20,463 nucleotides of DNA from Promethearchaeota archaeon. GTDB taxonomy: Archaea > Asgardarchaeota > Lokiarchaeia > Sigyniarchaeales > SOKP01. Shown one piece after another: positions 1 through 8,512 of the stretch. The DNA is taken from the NCBI GenBank assembly GCA_048940645.1, contig JBHLOI010000047.1, forward strand, positions 3,947 to 24,409, read 5' to 3'. The translations under genes and the position numbers were made by a program. How positions within the stretch are numbered: the stretch's first letter is position 1; the number at the start of each line of letters is the position of its first letter. The notes below the pieces were generated by a model. That model was given only the letters and a program-made list of their open reading frames with translations, made no database searches and had not been told where the DNA came from.

Positions 1-275
1 ATTCAGGTTCATATATTGGTTCTGGTTCGGGGGCATATACTGGTTCTAGCTCTGATTCAGGCTCATATGTTGGTTCTAGCTCTGATTCAGGTTCATATAT
101 TGGTTCTGGTTCGGGGGCATATACTGGTTCTAGCTCTGATTCAGGCTCATATGTTGGTTCTGGTTCGGGTGCATATACTGGTTTTAGCTCTGGTTCGGGC
201 TCATATGTTGGTTCTGGCTCTGGTTCAGGTTCATATATTGGTTCTGGTTCGGATGTATATACTGGTTCTGGTTCA
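1..275 (-). repeat. Coding tandem repeat, 24- and 30-bp units encoding YAPEPEP[IT] / YEPESELEP[TV]
   Basis: Units visible directly. Positions 1-77 and 85-161 are identical (84-bp higher-order period). Ten Tyr-containing units lie inside the window. Confidence 0.95.
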
Positions 276-709
276 GTCACTCGTATTGGTAATTTTATCC
301 CACGTTCTTTTAATTCTTCAGATGTTTCCTGAATTACTTTAAATGGATTGCCGTCTGGTTGTATCATTTGAGGACCTAGAAATATGTTTTTTGCTTTTAT
401 TTTTTTCTTGTTTATTTTTAGTTCTACTGTAAAACTTCCAGGTGTGAGGAATCTAACTTCATCTTCATCTTCTACTTTACTATTCCATTCAATTGTATTT
501 TTTTCAACTTTTTCGATTCTATCTCCGGTTATAAGCCTCACTTTTTTAGCTAGTTTGGCTTCACTAGTTATCTTTCCCTGAAAATTGTAGGTTTTTTTTC
601 CTTTTGCACTCCATTTTAAATGAAAACCATCTGAATGCTTCCATAACACATATCCTAAGAAATCACCTGATTTAAAGGTAGGTCGACCAATAAGGTTCTT
701 TACATTCAT
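1..709 (-). CDS. Hypothetical protein (3' end beyond window): ~140-aa globular N-terminal domain plus Glu/Pro/Tyr tandem-repeat region
   Basis: Hand translation from ATG at 709 is open to the window edge (236 codons): [37 protein letters not shown]...[16 protein letters not shown]...[27 protein letters not shown]... Not in the ORF track because no stop lies in the window. The track ORFs 16..342 and 384..581 (+) are its antisense shadows. Confidence 0.9.
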   Translation of the reverse strand, partial: MNVKNLIGRPTFKSGDFLGYVLWKHSDGFHLKWSAKGKKTYNFQGKITSEAKLAKKVRLITGDRIEKVEKNTIEWNSKVEDEDEVRFLTPGSFTVELKINKKKIKAKNIFLGPQMIQPDGNPFKVIQETSEELKERGIKLPIRVTEPEPVYTSEPEPIYEPEPEPEPTYEPEPELKPVYAPEPEPTYEPESELEPVYAPEPEPIYEPESELEPTYEPESELEPVYAPEPEPIYEPE

Positions 710-869
710 TTTTCTTCTAACTGATTTATCTTACATTTAAATCAAATATGAAAGAATTTGTTAATAAACATTATGAAAGCAAAAAGCAAAATTCAAGTGA
801 TGATATAACATTTTAGACGTTCTATAACTGAAGATCTCTATATTATGTATAAAAATAAAAAAACAAGAC

Positions 870-3020
870 TTACTCCTTTAATAACCTATATGCTGCCACG
901 GAAAAGCAAAATGGAATTCCAAAACCCAATAACAAGGTTATCCAATCTGGAAGTACTTCACCCAATTTGGTTGCTCCTATGAAATCTAACACTAAACTAC
1001 CTAAAGCAAAAACCCCAAGAAAGGTTAGGAACAATTCCACTCGTCTACTTCTTCTAGCGCCTTCAATCTCATCTAATTGACCTATTAAGTCTCTTAAGGT
1101 TTCCATTTTAGATTTTGCTCCTTGCAATATTTCTCCAGTTCGCCATGCATCACTAATCTGTTCAATAAAATGCATACTATAATATGTTGAAGTCAGATTC
1201 CTCGATTTGTGTGTATCAAGAACTAGATTAATATGATTTATTAATGCATTTACAGCATAAACATCACGATATTTTTCAGTACGTTTAAATTTTAGATGTG
1301 AGGTCACAACATTTAGTAAAATATAGAAACCTCTGTCTAACTCCCACACAGTTTTCCATGTATAATTATGAATTGCTATCCATGGAATCCAATCTTCATT
1401 TGCAATAATTTTTGGAGCTCGGTTTCTAATGTCTGGTACGTTATGTAAACAGATTAAAGAATCACCAGATTCTACATAAGCAAAGACATTTGGAGTAATA
1501 GAATAATTATAAACCCCTTTTGGATTAATGTTCAGTAATGTATCTTGAAAATGATTTGAATTAACATCAAATCCTTTAGGCATCACTGCAACTAATGTAC
1601 AATGCGTCCAAAATATCTCAGTCTTTATTTCCTCGCTTAATTGTGTAAAATCTAAAAATGGTGTCTTCAATACAGGTGGTTTAACGTTTAAAATTACTTG
1701 GTTAAAAACTTCATTAAGTTCTGAGATTGTTACAGCAAATACGGACTCAATATCTATACCAAATTCATTCAACGGATGTTTGTGCCTTTGGATAAAAAAA
1801 CGCACTCGCTCTATTACTTCCTTATCTTTCCATGCCTCCTCAGGAATATAAGCCATAAAATGAATTATTGCACAGTTAAACCTGTAAATATCAATACGGA
1901 TTGAATCAATCCAACAATCAATATATTTCTCATCGTTAATTCGGAGATTAAACCTTTTTGATTCTATTGTTTTAGTAAGGTTTACACTCAAAAAACTTCC
2001 AACCTTCGGTGGAGAATAATTATCCACCGCTCCTGATGCTAATAAACCTTCTCCTTCAGCAGACCAGTCAAATTTAGGATAATTTTTTCTTAAATATATC
2101 AATATTTTTTCTCGATATTCCTTTTCCTGAGCAATTGTATCAAAATCAAAGATAAAATTAGGACTATATATCCCTGTTCCATAGAAATAAAGCTCATCAG
2201 CTTTAGGAAGGCTATCCAAGTAATTTTTATAAATCTTGTGTTTATTGACTTTAGCAATTATTCTAACACCAAAATCGTATCCATCATCCATTAATTCCAT
2301 AAGCATATTATGCCACTTGTCTGGAGATTTAAGCTTTTTTTTGAAATTTTCTATCATTTTTAATAAATGATTTCGATATAAGGTACTTAAATTTTCAATA
2401 ATAATATTGGTGAAGCCTGCTTCCTTTAGATCTTCTACAAATTCATGAACAGAGAGTCGGCTCATTTCTGGTGATCCTACTTCAGCTGTTACATTTTCAA
2501 AGTGTTTAACTCTTTCTTTAGGAACATTTGGTCCAGGAATCCATAGTTGAAATCCAACATGACCATGTGGTCTAAGAAGTCTTCCTAATTCCTGAAAAAT
2601 CATTTTTCGATCCTTATGGGCTAAACCATCTGCATCCTGACCAATTATAACATCAAAAGTAGAATCAGGATAAGGGATTTCAAATATATCTGCTACTTTA
2701 AAGTCCACAAGATCAGTCAAATCCATTTTGGAAATGTGTTCGTTCGCCACTTTTATTGCACTTTCTAAAATGTCTATTCCTGAAACTCTTCTTCCATATT
2801 CTTTTCCTAACCAAGCCGCTGTTCCTCCTTCTCCGCAACATATATCTAATACCCTCTCAGCTTTATCTAAACTCAGTTTATCTACTAATTGATATGTGGC
2901 TTCCCATCCACCAAAGTGCAGTTGTTCACGTGGCTCTGGCCATACTTCAGCAAGCCTTTCAATAACTGCATCATCCTTCCTTCCATGGGGTTTTTTTATA
3001 CTTCTGACATTTTTTTCCAT
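870..3020 (-). CDS. Class I SAM-dependent methyltransferase fused to a CorA-like C-terminal membrane module (2 TM)
   Basis: N-terminus: HFGGWEAT, VLDICCGEGG (motif I), GIDI, VADIFEIPYPDSTFDVI, LLRPHG. C-terminus: long amphipathic helix (KSKMETLRDLIGQLDEIEGARRSRR), then two hydrophobic helices and a short charged tail. ATG at 3020 (MEKNV) preferred over 3062, whose 14-aa extension looks non-coding. Confidence 0.8.
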   Translation of the reverse strand: MEKNVRSIKKPHGRKDDAVIERLAEVWPEPREQLHFGGWEATYQLVDKLSLDKAERVLDICCGEGGTAAWLGKEYGRRVSGIDILESAIKVANEHISKMDLTDLVDFKVADIFEIPYPDSTFDVIIGQDADGLAHKDRKMIFQELGRLLRPHGHVGFQLWIPGPNVPKERVKHFENVTAEVGSPEMSRLSVHEFVEDLKEAGFTNIIIENLSTLYRNHLLKMIENFKKKLKSPDKWHNMLMELMDDGYDFGVRIIAKVNKHKIYKNYLDSLPKADELYFYGTGIYSPNFIFDFDTIAQEKEYREKILIYLRKNYPKFDWSAEGEGLLASGAVDNYSPPKVGSFLSVNLTKTIESKRFNLRINDEKYIDCWIDSIRIDIYRFNCAIIHFMAYIPEEAWKDKEVIERVRFFIQRHKHPLNEFGIDIESVFAVTISELNEVFNQVILNVKPPVLKTPFLDFTQLSEEIKTEIFWTHCTLVAVMPKGFDVNSNHFQDTLLNINPKGVYNYSITPNVFAYVESGDSLICLHNVPDIRNRAPKIIANEDWIPWIAIHNYTWKTVWELDRGFYILLNVVTSHLKFKRTEKYRDVYAVNALINHINLVLDTHKSRNLTSTYYSMHFIEQISDAWRTGEILQGAKSKMETLRDLIGQLDEIEGARRSRRVELFLTFLGVFALGSLVLDFIGATKLGEVLPDWITLLLGFGIPFCFSVAAYRLLKE

Positions 3021-3171
3021 GAGCAAAACCTGGTACAAAAATAAATAGCAATTATGCATCATTACTTTAAAAATATCGTTTTATCTACATCCTTAACATT
3101 CAATTTAAAATCTACAATTCTCGCCATTTGCTACACCTTAAATTAGTATTAAATATTTATTCTGACTAAGA

Positions 3172-3381
3172 TTGGGTAAACCAAAAGGAGCTCGAATAGT
3201 TGGAAATGCTCTAGCCAGAAATCCCTTCCCTATCATTATTCCTTGTCATAGAGCAATTAAAACAAGAAGCGAATTGGGGGGATTTCAAGGCGGTATAGAT
3301 ATGAAGCGTGCATTATTGAAGCTGGAGGGCATAGAGATTTCAGAAAAAGGAAAAGTTATTACCAATAGAATCTATTATTAA
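3172..3381 (+). pseudogene. ogt: 5'-truncated methylated-DNA--protein-cysteine methyltransferase (Ogt/MGMT) fragment
   Basis: GKPKGARIVGNALARNPFPIIIPCHR...LGGFQGGIDMKRALLKLEG contains the recognition helix and PCHR active site. An in-frame TGA at 3163-3165 and unrelated upstream sequence replace the N-terminal domain and the usual 'G...TY..LA' helix. Confidence 0.75.
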
Positions 3382-3749
3382 TATTCATGAAATCTTTATG
3401 AAGTAAATATTGGACTACTGTAAAATTATGTAGTATAAATCAGTATTTCTATCATAGAATAATAACATTATTCTCTCTAAAGTGATATGAATTGGAAAAT
3501 ATAGATTCTAAAAATAATGAAGAAAAATTAAGTATTTGGCAATATAAATGTAAAATTTATGGAGTATATAAAATTCTTAGTACCAAATATAAGAATCATA
3601 ACCTCAAATCAACAGAATCAGCATAAATTCCGTATATTTCCTATTATATTATCAAATATATTTATATCTTGTTCTTTTTCTGATAATTTGCCTATTAAAT
3701 ATTGAATAGAGACAAAAATTTTATTTTTTTTTTGATTTTTTATAAAAAA

Positions 3750-4595
3750 TTATGTTGGATTTTTATTCAACTTTTTATCTATTACTTCTCGCATGTAGCG
3801 AAAACCAGGCGTTAAATTTTCGTCTAATTTTGGAATTAATTGTCTTAATGGAAACTTTAAACCTTGACCTGAACCCGTTTGAAATAAATTTTCTAAAACA
3901 TAAAATATGAAGCTAGCTGGCATTCCAATTCCCAATTCATGATCTTGAATTCCAGCAAATGAGCGATCTCCCGTACCTGGGATGATAATTTGGGCTTTTT
4001 GGGTAAGAAATGGCATTAATCCTCCCTTTCCGCAACTCTCACCAAAACCTTCGAAAGTTGATTGTATTCGATATTTACGCTTATGTTCATAGTTTAGGGC
4101 GTTTATTATGTAGGTAAGTTTCGGACCATCACAATAAACCATAATGGCATCTGGAATGACGGGAGTCTCCATCAGGGGAGAGACAATAACACCACGATAC
4201 GCTAATTCAATAACATTCTTAAAAGTACCCGCGTATATATGTTCTGCCCTTCTTCTCTCTGCTTTTTCGTCTTTTGTCCATTTTTGGCGCACTTGAGACT
4301 CAACAAACTCTTTCATCGAAAGAGGAACCCATCCATGCGCAACGGAAGACGGCGTGCAAAAATTATCTTCTGCGGTAATGCACAATTTTTGCCTAAACCT
4401 GCGAGCATAGGTAAAAGCTTGACAAATAGACATCTTTTCTCCATCGTCTATAGGTCTTCTAACACCCGGAGGGATTTCATTTTCAATATCTCTAATATAT
4501 TTTAATGATATAGGGAAGCTATTAAGATGTAGCTTCTCGAATATTTCTTCACCAGCTTTTTGAAAATCTTCTTTAGTCTTACTTTTACTACTCAT
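3750..4595 (-). CDS. DUF169 family protein
   Basis: LHLNSFPISLK, SICQAFTYARR, CTPSSVAHG, SPL...PDAIMVY, ESCG, PGTGDRSFAGIQDHELGIGMP match the typical DUF169 pattern. Confidence 0.8.
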   Translation of the reverse strand: MSSKSKTKEDFQKAGEEIFEKLHLNSFPISLKYIRDIENEIPPGVRRPIDDGEKMSICQAFTYARRFRQKLCITAEDNFCTPSSVAHGWVPLSMKEFVESQVRQKWTKDEKAERRRAEHIYAGTFKNVIELAYRGVIVSPLMETPVIPDAIMVYCDGPKLTYIINALNYEHKRKYRIQSTFEGFGESCGKGGLMPFLTQKAQIIIPGTGDRSFAGIQDHELGIGMPASFIFYVLENLFQTGSGQGLKFPLRQLIPKLDENLTPGFRYMREVIDKKLNKNPT

Positions 4596-4633
4596 ATTAT
4601 ATTAAACCTTTCATTGATATTTTATTTATTTTT

Positions 4634-5425
4634 CTACTTATGCTGGTCTATTACTTCTTGAAGGGTAATTTCAGGATGATGGTATCTCTGAGTTTTTAAA
4701 GTATCAGTACCAAATTGAATAGATCTTTCTGGGCAGAAATTAATACATGCTAAGCATTGCTGGCAATTATGTTGCCATTCTGGTTTACCCTCTATTAAAA
4801 TAATATTATTTACAGGGCAAACCCTTTCACATATGCCACAACTGCTACAATTCTCATCAACGTAGAAGGATTTATCACCTTGAAGTACTTCTTCCCGAAA
4901 AGTGTTATTAATTCTCTCACTCCTACTTACATCTTTTTTAAAAATGCTTTGGTTGAGATTTTCCTTTCTATCCTTTATAATTTCAGAGATTAATTCAACT
5001 TGCGAAGACGCCTTTTCAAAACATTTTTTTTGATATTCTTCCGAGGGAACATCATAGCCAATGATATAATTACTGGGCATAGTTACATAAAATCCCGCAC
5101 TGAGAGCTTTTGCTTTTCCTTCTAATATCTTATTTAACTGCTGTAGCGGTTGTTCATTAATATCTCCAGCACTTGTTATAACTGTAAATATATAATTGGA
5201 TTTACTAAGATCTAGATTCATTATAAAGTCATGGACTATTTTTGGGAGGCCAGAATAGTATAATGGAAAAATAAAACCAACTTTTTCACTAGTGGAATTT
5301 ATGTTCTCTATTTTCCAAATTTTAGCAATAGGAATAAGTTCAGAATCTTTCAATTTTTCGGTAAGAGCTTTAGCAATTTTTAACGAATTACCTGTTCCAG
5401 TAAAAAAGTAAATAGTAGTTTCCAT
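4634..5425 (-). CDS. EFR1-family ferredoxin (flavodoxin-like domain + 2x[4Fe-4S])
   Basis: IYFFTGTGNS, GFIFPLY, MPSNY, CSSCGICERVCP, CQQCLACINFCP, RYHHP. ATG at 5425 is preceded by SD-like GAGTGA (5439-5434). Confidence 0.9.
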   Translation of the reverse strand: METTIYFFTGTGNSLKIAKALTEKLKDSELIPIAKIWKIENINSTSEKVGFIFPLYYSGLPKIVHDFIMNLDLSKSNYIFTVITSAGDINEQPLQQLNKILEGKAKALSAGFYVTMPSNYIIGYDVPSEEYQKKCFEKASSQVELISEIIKDRKENLNQSIFKKDVSRSERINNTFREEVLQGDKSFYVDENCSSCGICERVCPVNNIILIEGKPEWQHNCQQCLACINFCPERSIQFGTDTLKTQRYHHPEITLQEVIDQHK

Positions 5426-5455
5426 ATATATAATCACTCTCTCTATTTATTCTTT

Positions 5456-5487
5456 ACAAGTTCTTTCCTAATTATGGAAAAACTTGT
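5456..5487. promoter_or_regulatory. Imperfect inverted repeat ~30 nt upstream of the EFR1 gene (operator or 5'-UTR hairpin)
   Basis: ACAAGTT(C)TTTCC-taattat-GGAAAAACTTGT: 12 paired positions with one bulge. Confidence 0.35.
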
Positions 5488-5610
5488 TTTGAGGTGTTTA
5501 AAAAAAATGAAATTTGCTTATTTATAGTTTTAATTTTTAAACTTCAATGAAAGTTAATCGTTAGAAACTTGTGTACGGAAATTAAAATTAAAGAAATTCA
5601 CTGAGAGAAG

Positions 5611-5781
5611 TCATTGTTCAATTTCTAAGGCTTCTTCCCTTACATCAAAAATCCATCTTAATTTACATTTATGGGAACAGAAAAATCGTTTTGTAGGTTC
5701 CTGACATATGTTGATATGGCGATATTTCTTATTCCACGTATTTCTCACGATGGTTTTTCCACAAAATTCGCATTCAGGCAT
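5611..5781 (-). CDS. Small TRASH/L24e-like treble-clef zinc-binding protein
   Basis: MPECEFCGKTI...KRFFCSHKCK gives the CxxC ... FCSxxC signature. Start placed at ATG 5781; 5811 is possible. Confidence 0.7.
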   Translation of the reverse strand: MPECEFCGKTIVRNTWNKKYRHINICQEPTKRFFCSHKCKLRWIFDVREEALEIEQ

Positions 5782-6018
5782 TATTACTTTTATCTTTTTG
5801 ATCAATCTCATATAATAATAATACGTTAATATTAAAAGCTTTTTACTTAATTTAAAAATGGAACATATAATATTTATCCAAACTATATAAACATTTGAAG
5901 AAATTTTAATAGAGAAAAATAAACATAATCCCCAAAATTTACATAAAGAAGTAATTATGATAAATAATTAAAAAGAAAAAAAATATTACATTCAAATTGT
6001 TTTAAAAGAGCGAAAAAG

Positions 6019-6558
6019 ATGTTACCTAAGCCCGGAACTCCACTTTATAACCTTAATCACGAAAATGAGAGTATTAGGAAAAAAACACTTAAAAGATGGA
6101 ATAGATTGAACAAGTTTTTGATAATTCCTTTATATCGTCTTTTTATTTTACCATTCTTCGGTTTCGGAAGAATTTTTCTAATTTTATATACTAAAGGAAG
6201 AATAACTGGAAAGAAAAGAAACACTCCTTTAGAATATCATAGGATTGATGGTGCTATAACAGTTATTGCTGGAAGAGGAGAAGAAGCTGGTTGGGTTAAA
6301 AATTTACGTGCTAACCCCGATAATGTATCAATAAGGTATGGTTTTCACCATTTTAAACCTGAGATAGAATTTGTAGTAGATAATGACCATAAACTTGAAA
6401 TCGTTAAATGGTATGTTAAAAAACATGGGCGTTCTGCGAATATGTTATTTGGGTGGAACCCAAAAATTCATGACACAGAAACTAGTGATTTTAGAAAATT
6501 GTTGAATTTAATAATAATTATCCGATTTCACAAAAATATAAGTTCCCCTACTTCTTGA
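6019..6558 (+). CDS. Deazaflavin (F420)-dependent nitroreductase family protein (Ddn/DUF385-like)
   Basis: LILYTKGRITGKKRNTPL...VIAGRGEEAGWVKNLRANP is the characteristic family signature. Confidence 0.85.
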   Translation: MLPKPGTPLYNLNHENESIRKKTLKRWNRLNKFLIIPLYRLFILPFFGFGRIFLILYTKGRITGKKRNTPLEYHRIDGAITVIAGRGEEAGWVKNLRANPDNVSIRYGFHHFKPEIEFVVDNDHKLEIVKWYVKKHGRSANMLFGWNPKIHDTETSDFRKLLNLIIIIRFHKNISSPTS

Positions 6559-7237
6559 GAATTATCTTCATCCAACCATTAGTTAATATCATTTGGAAGT
6601 TATTTTTAAATTTTGTCTGCTCAAGAAGATGTTTAATTTTGGTATTGTAATCTTCCCAATTAAAACCATGTAATTTTTGGATTTGAGTTAGTATAGAATA
6701 TTTAAAACCACCATATTTTCGTTTTAGTTTACTCACATCTTCATTAGGGGGATTGGAACATCCATCATATATCCACGCTTCTCTAGTAGTTTTTAAGACT
6801 CGGTAACATTCATTAAAAATTCTAATTGGGTGCTTCCAATGATGAAATGAACCTGTACTTATAACAAAGTCAATTGAATCATCTTCAAAAGGAAGTTCAG
6901 CGGCATTAGCTAATTTAAATTTTATATTTTTAAAAAGTTTCGCATGACCGGACGCAATCTCTACCATTTTCCTGCTTAAATCAATCCCATAAATAGTAAG
7001 TTGTGGTGCTCTTTTTCCTATTTCAATTGATAAGTATCCTGTACCTGAACCGATATCTATTAAAATTCCCTTTTTTATTCTTTGAACTACATTTTGAGCA
7101 ATTTCTAATTCCGCTTTACTTAGAATCCGTTTTACAATAGCATTATAAACAATAGCACCCAGGGTTGGAATTGCTTCTAACTTTACTTGTATTTCTCTAA
7201 TAAATTTCACCAAGTAAATGTTAGACTCACTTCCCAA
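6548..7237 (-). CDS. Class I SAM-dependent methyltransferase (UbiE/Methyltransf_11-like)
   Basis: LIDIGSGTG, GIDLSRKM, ANAAELPFEDDSIDFVIS, SFHHW, ECYRVLK. TTG start uncertain. The 3' end overlaps the convergent Ddn-like gene by 11 bp. Confidence 0.88.
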   Translation of the reverse strand: MGSESNIYLVKFIREIQVKLEAIPTLGAIVYNAIVKRILSKAELEIAQNVVQRIKKGILIDIGSGTGYLSIEIGKRAPQLTIYGIDLSRKMVEIASGHAKLFKNIKFKLANAAELPFEDDSIDFVISTGSFHHWKHPIRIFNECYRVLKTTREAWIYDGCSNPPNEDVSKLKRKYGGFKYSILTQIQKLHGFNWEDYNTKIKHLLEQTKFKNNFQMILTNGWMKIILKK

Positions 7238-7255
7238 AAAAATAAATTAATTCAA

Positions 7256-7285
7256 TCTAATGTTTTTAAAATTCTAATGTTTTTA
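7256..7285. repeat. 13-bp perfect direct repeat in a divergent promoter region
   Basis: TCTAATGTTTTTA at 7256-7268 and 7273-7285. Confidence 0.6.
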
Positions 7286-7402
7286 TATCTTTTTTTTCTA
7301 AATTAAATGCAAATGTATTATTATTGGAAAAACAAAATAGTTTAGAGTATCACATACTTAACTTTAAATTATATAATTTTATTTAATTTAATTAGGTTTA
7401 AA

Positions 7403-8239
7403 ATGAATGAAGTCGTATTTTTTAGCCTACTTTTATTAATTTTTATTAGATTGATTGGTTTGGGATTATCTGTTGATATTTACTTAAGAAATCATGCTCC
7501 AAAGTTCAAGATTTTCATACTAGGGTGGACATTTTGGTTATTGGCTGGAATTTTTCCTATATTATCTGATATTACAAATGATGTAGTATTGGAAGATACA
7601 TTTTTAGTAATAAATGGTATTTTAGCGTCTTTGGGTACTTTAATGATATTTTTAGGAATAATTTATAATTTTAAATACATTCAATTAAAAGTTATCGTCC
7701 TTCTTTGTGTCTTTCAAACAATTACTTCAATAGCACTTGCAATCTTTATTAGTTCACAGATAGCAATAGGATTTTCTTTAGTAATAATCGAATTTTCAAT
7801 AATAAGCATCATTTTTCTTCATGTGTTTAAAGGGAAAACTTTTATAACCTACGTTGGCAAAAGTATCATTTGGTATTACGGCGTTGTCATAATTGGAATA
7901 TTGTTTTCTGTAGTTTCAATAATTCAATTTTCAAGAGGTTATCAATATGGTTTATATAACTCAAATGATTATACTGCTATTTATTTAAATTACTCTCTTG
8001 GAGTAGGCATTACTATTTTAACTGTAATTCTTTTCATACATTTTGAATATAGTATTTTAAATCAGCAGAAATTTGAATTAAAGGATATTTATTCTCATAC
8101 TCTTGGAAATATAATGCAATCAATTTTAAGTGCTACAGAATTGCTAGAATTAGATAAAGAGGAAGATCTTTTAAATATGATCAAAGAAAAATGTAGTAAT
8201 GCTTCTGAATTAATTAAGAAGATCAGGAAATTGCAGTAA
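7403..8239 (+). CDS. 7TM membrane protein with C-terminal HisKA/DHp-like helical hairpin, no HATPase domain
   Basis: About seven hydrophobic segments, then DIYSHTLGNIMQSILSATELL...ASELIKKIRKLQ* (H-box-like). Confidence 0.75.
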   Translation: MNEVVFFSLLLLIFIRLIGLGLSVDIYLRNHAPKFKIFILGWTFWLLAGIFPILSDITNDVVLEDTFLVINGILASLGTLMIFLGIIYNFKYIQLKVIVLLCVFQTITSIALAIFISSQIAIGFSLVIIEFSIISIIFLHVFKGKTFITYVGKSIIWYYGVVIIGILFSVVSIIQFSRGYQYGLYNSNDYTAIYLNYSLGVGITILTVILFIHFEYSILNQQKFELKDIYSHTLGNIMQSILSATELLELDKEEDLLNMIKEKCSNASELIKKIRKLQ

Positions 8240-8496
8240 TTCGAATTAAATTAAAATAAGATATTGCCATTTATAATGTGATAATCTCAGGAGAAAAACC
8301 TTCATTATATCAAAATTATTATTGCTATATTCCCCAATAAGAAATAAATGAAATATTGGAATTTAATAACTTACTAAATTAAAATTTTTAAGGAAAAGTA
8401 TTAAATACCAAACTAATTCATCATTACTCCATCAAATAATTCAAAATATAGGTATTTCTACATTTTTGATAACATTATTAATTTATAAAAATAAAA

Positions 8497-8503
8497 GAGG
8501 TGA
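8497..8503 (+). promoter_or_regulatory. Shine-Dalgarno GAGGTGA (TATA-like TTTATAAA at 8482-8489)
   Basis: Archaeal-type SD 9 nt before ATG 8513. Confidence 0.7.
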
Positions 8504-8512
8504 ACTAAAAAT

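Noticed and set aside
1-275. Repeat array as possible CRISPR
   Set aside because: No unique spacers. Units are multiples of 3 and encode an in-frame peptide repeat.
16-581. Track ORFs 16..342 and 384..581 (+)
   Set aside because: Antisense shadows of the real minus-strand gene 709..<1. Their hydrophobic repeats are just the reverse complement of Glu/Pro codons.
797-831. C-box GTGATGA (797-803) and D-box CTGA (828-831) as a C/D sRNA or SECIS
   Set aside because: Only 24 nt between boxes, no C'/D' pair, a weak stem, and no + strand selenoprotein gene upstream. Plausibly chance.
3492-3626. 44-codon TTG-started ORF (LENIDSKNNEEKLSIWQYKC...) with AGTGA upstream
   Set aside because: Short, very AT-rich and motif-free. 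It cannot be distinguished from chance or a remnant.
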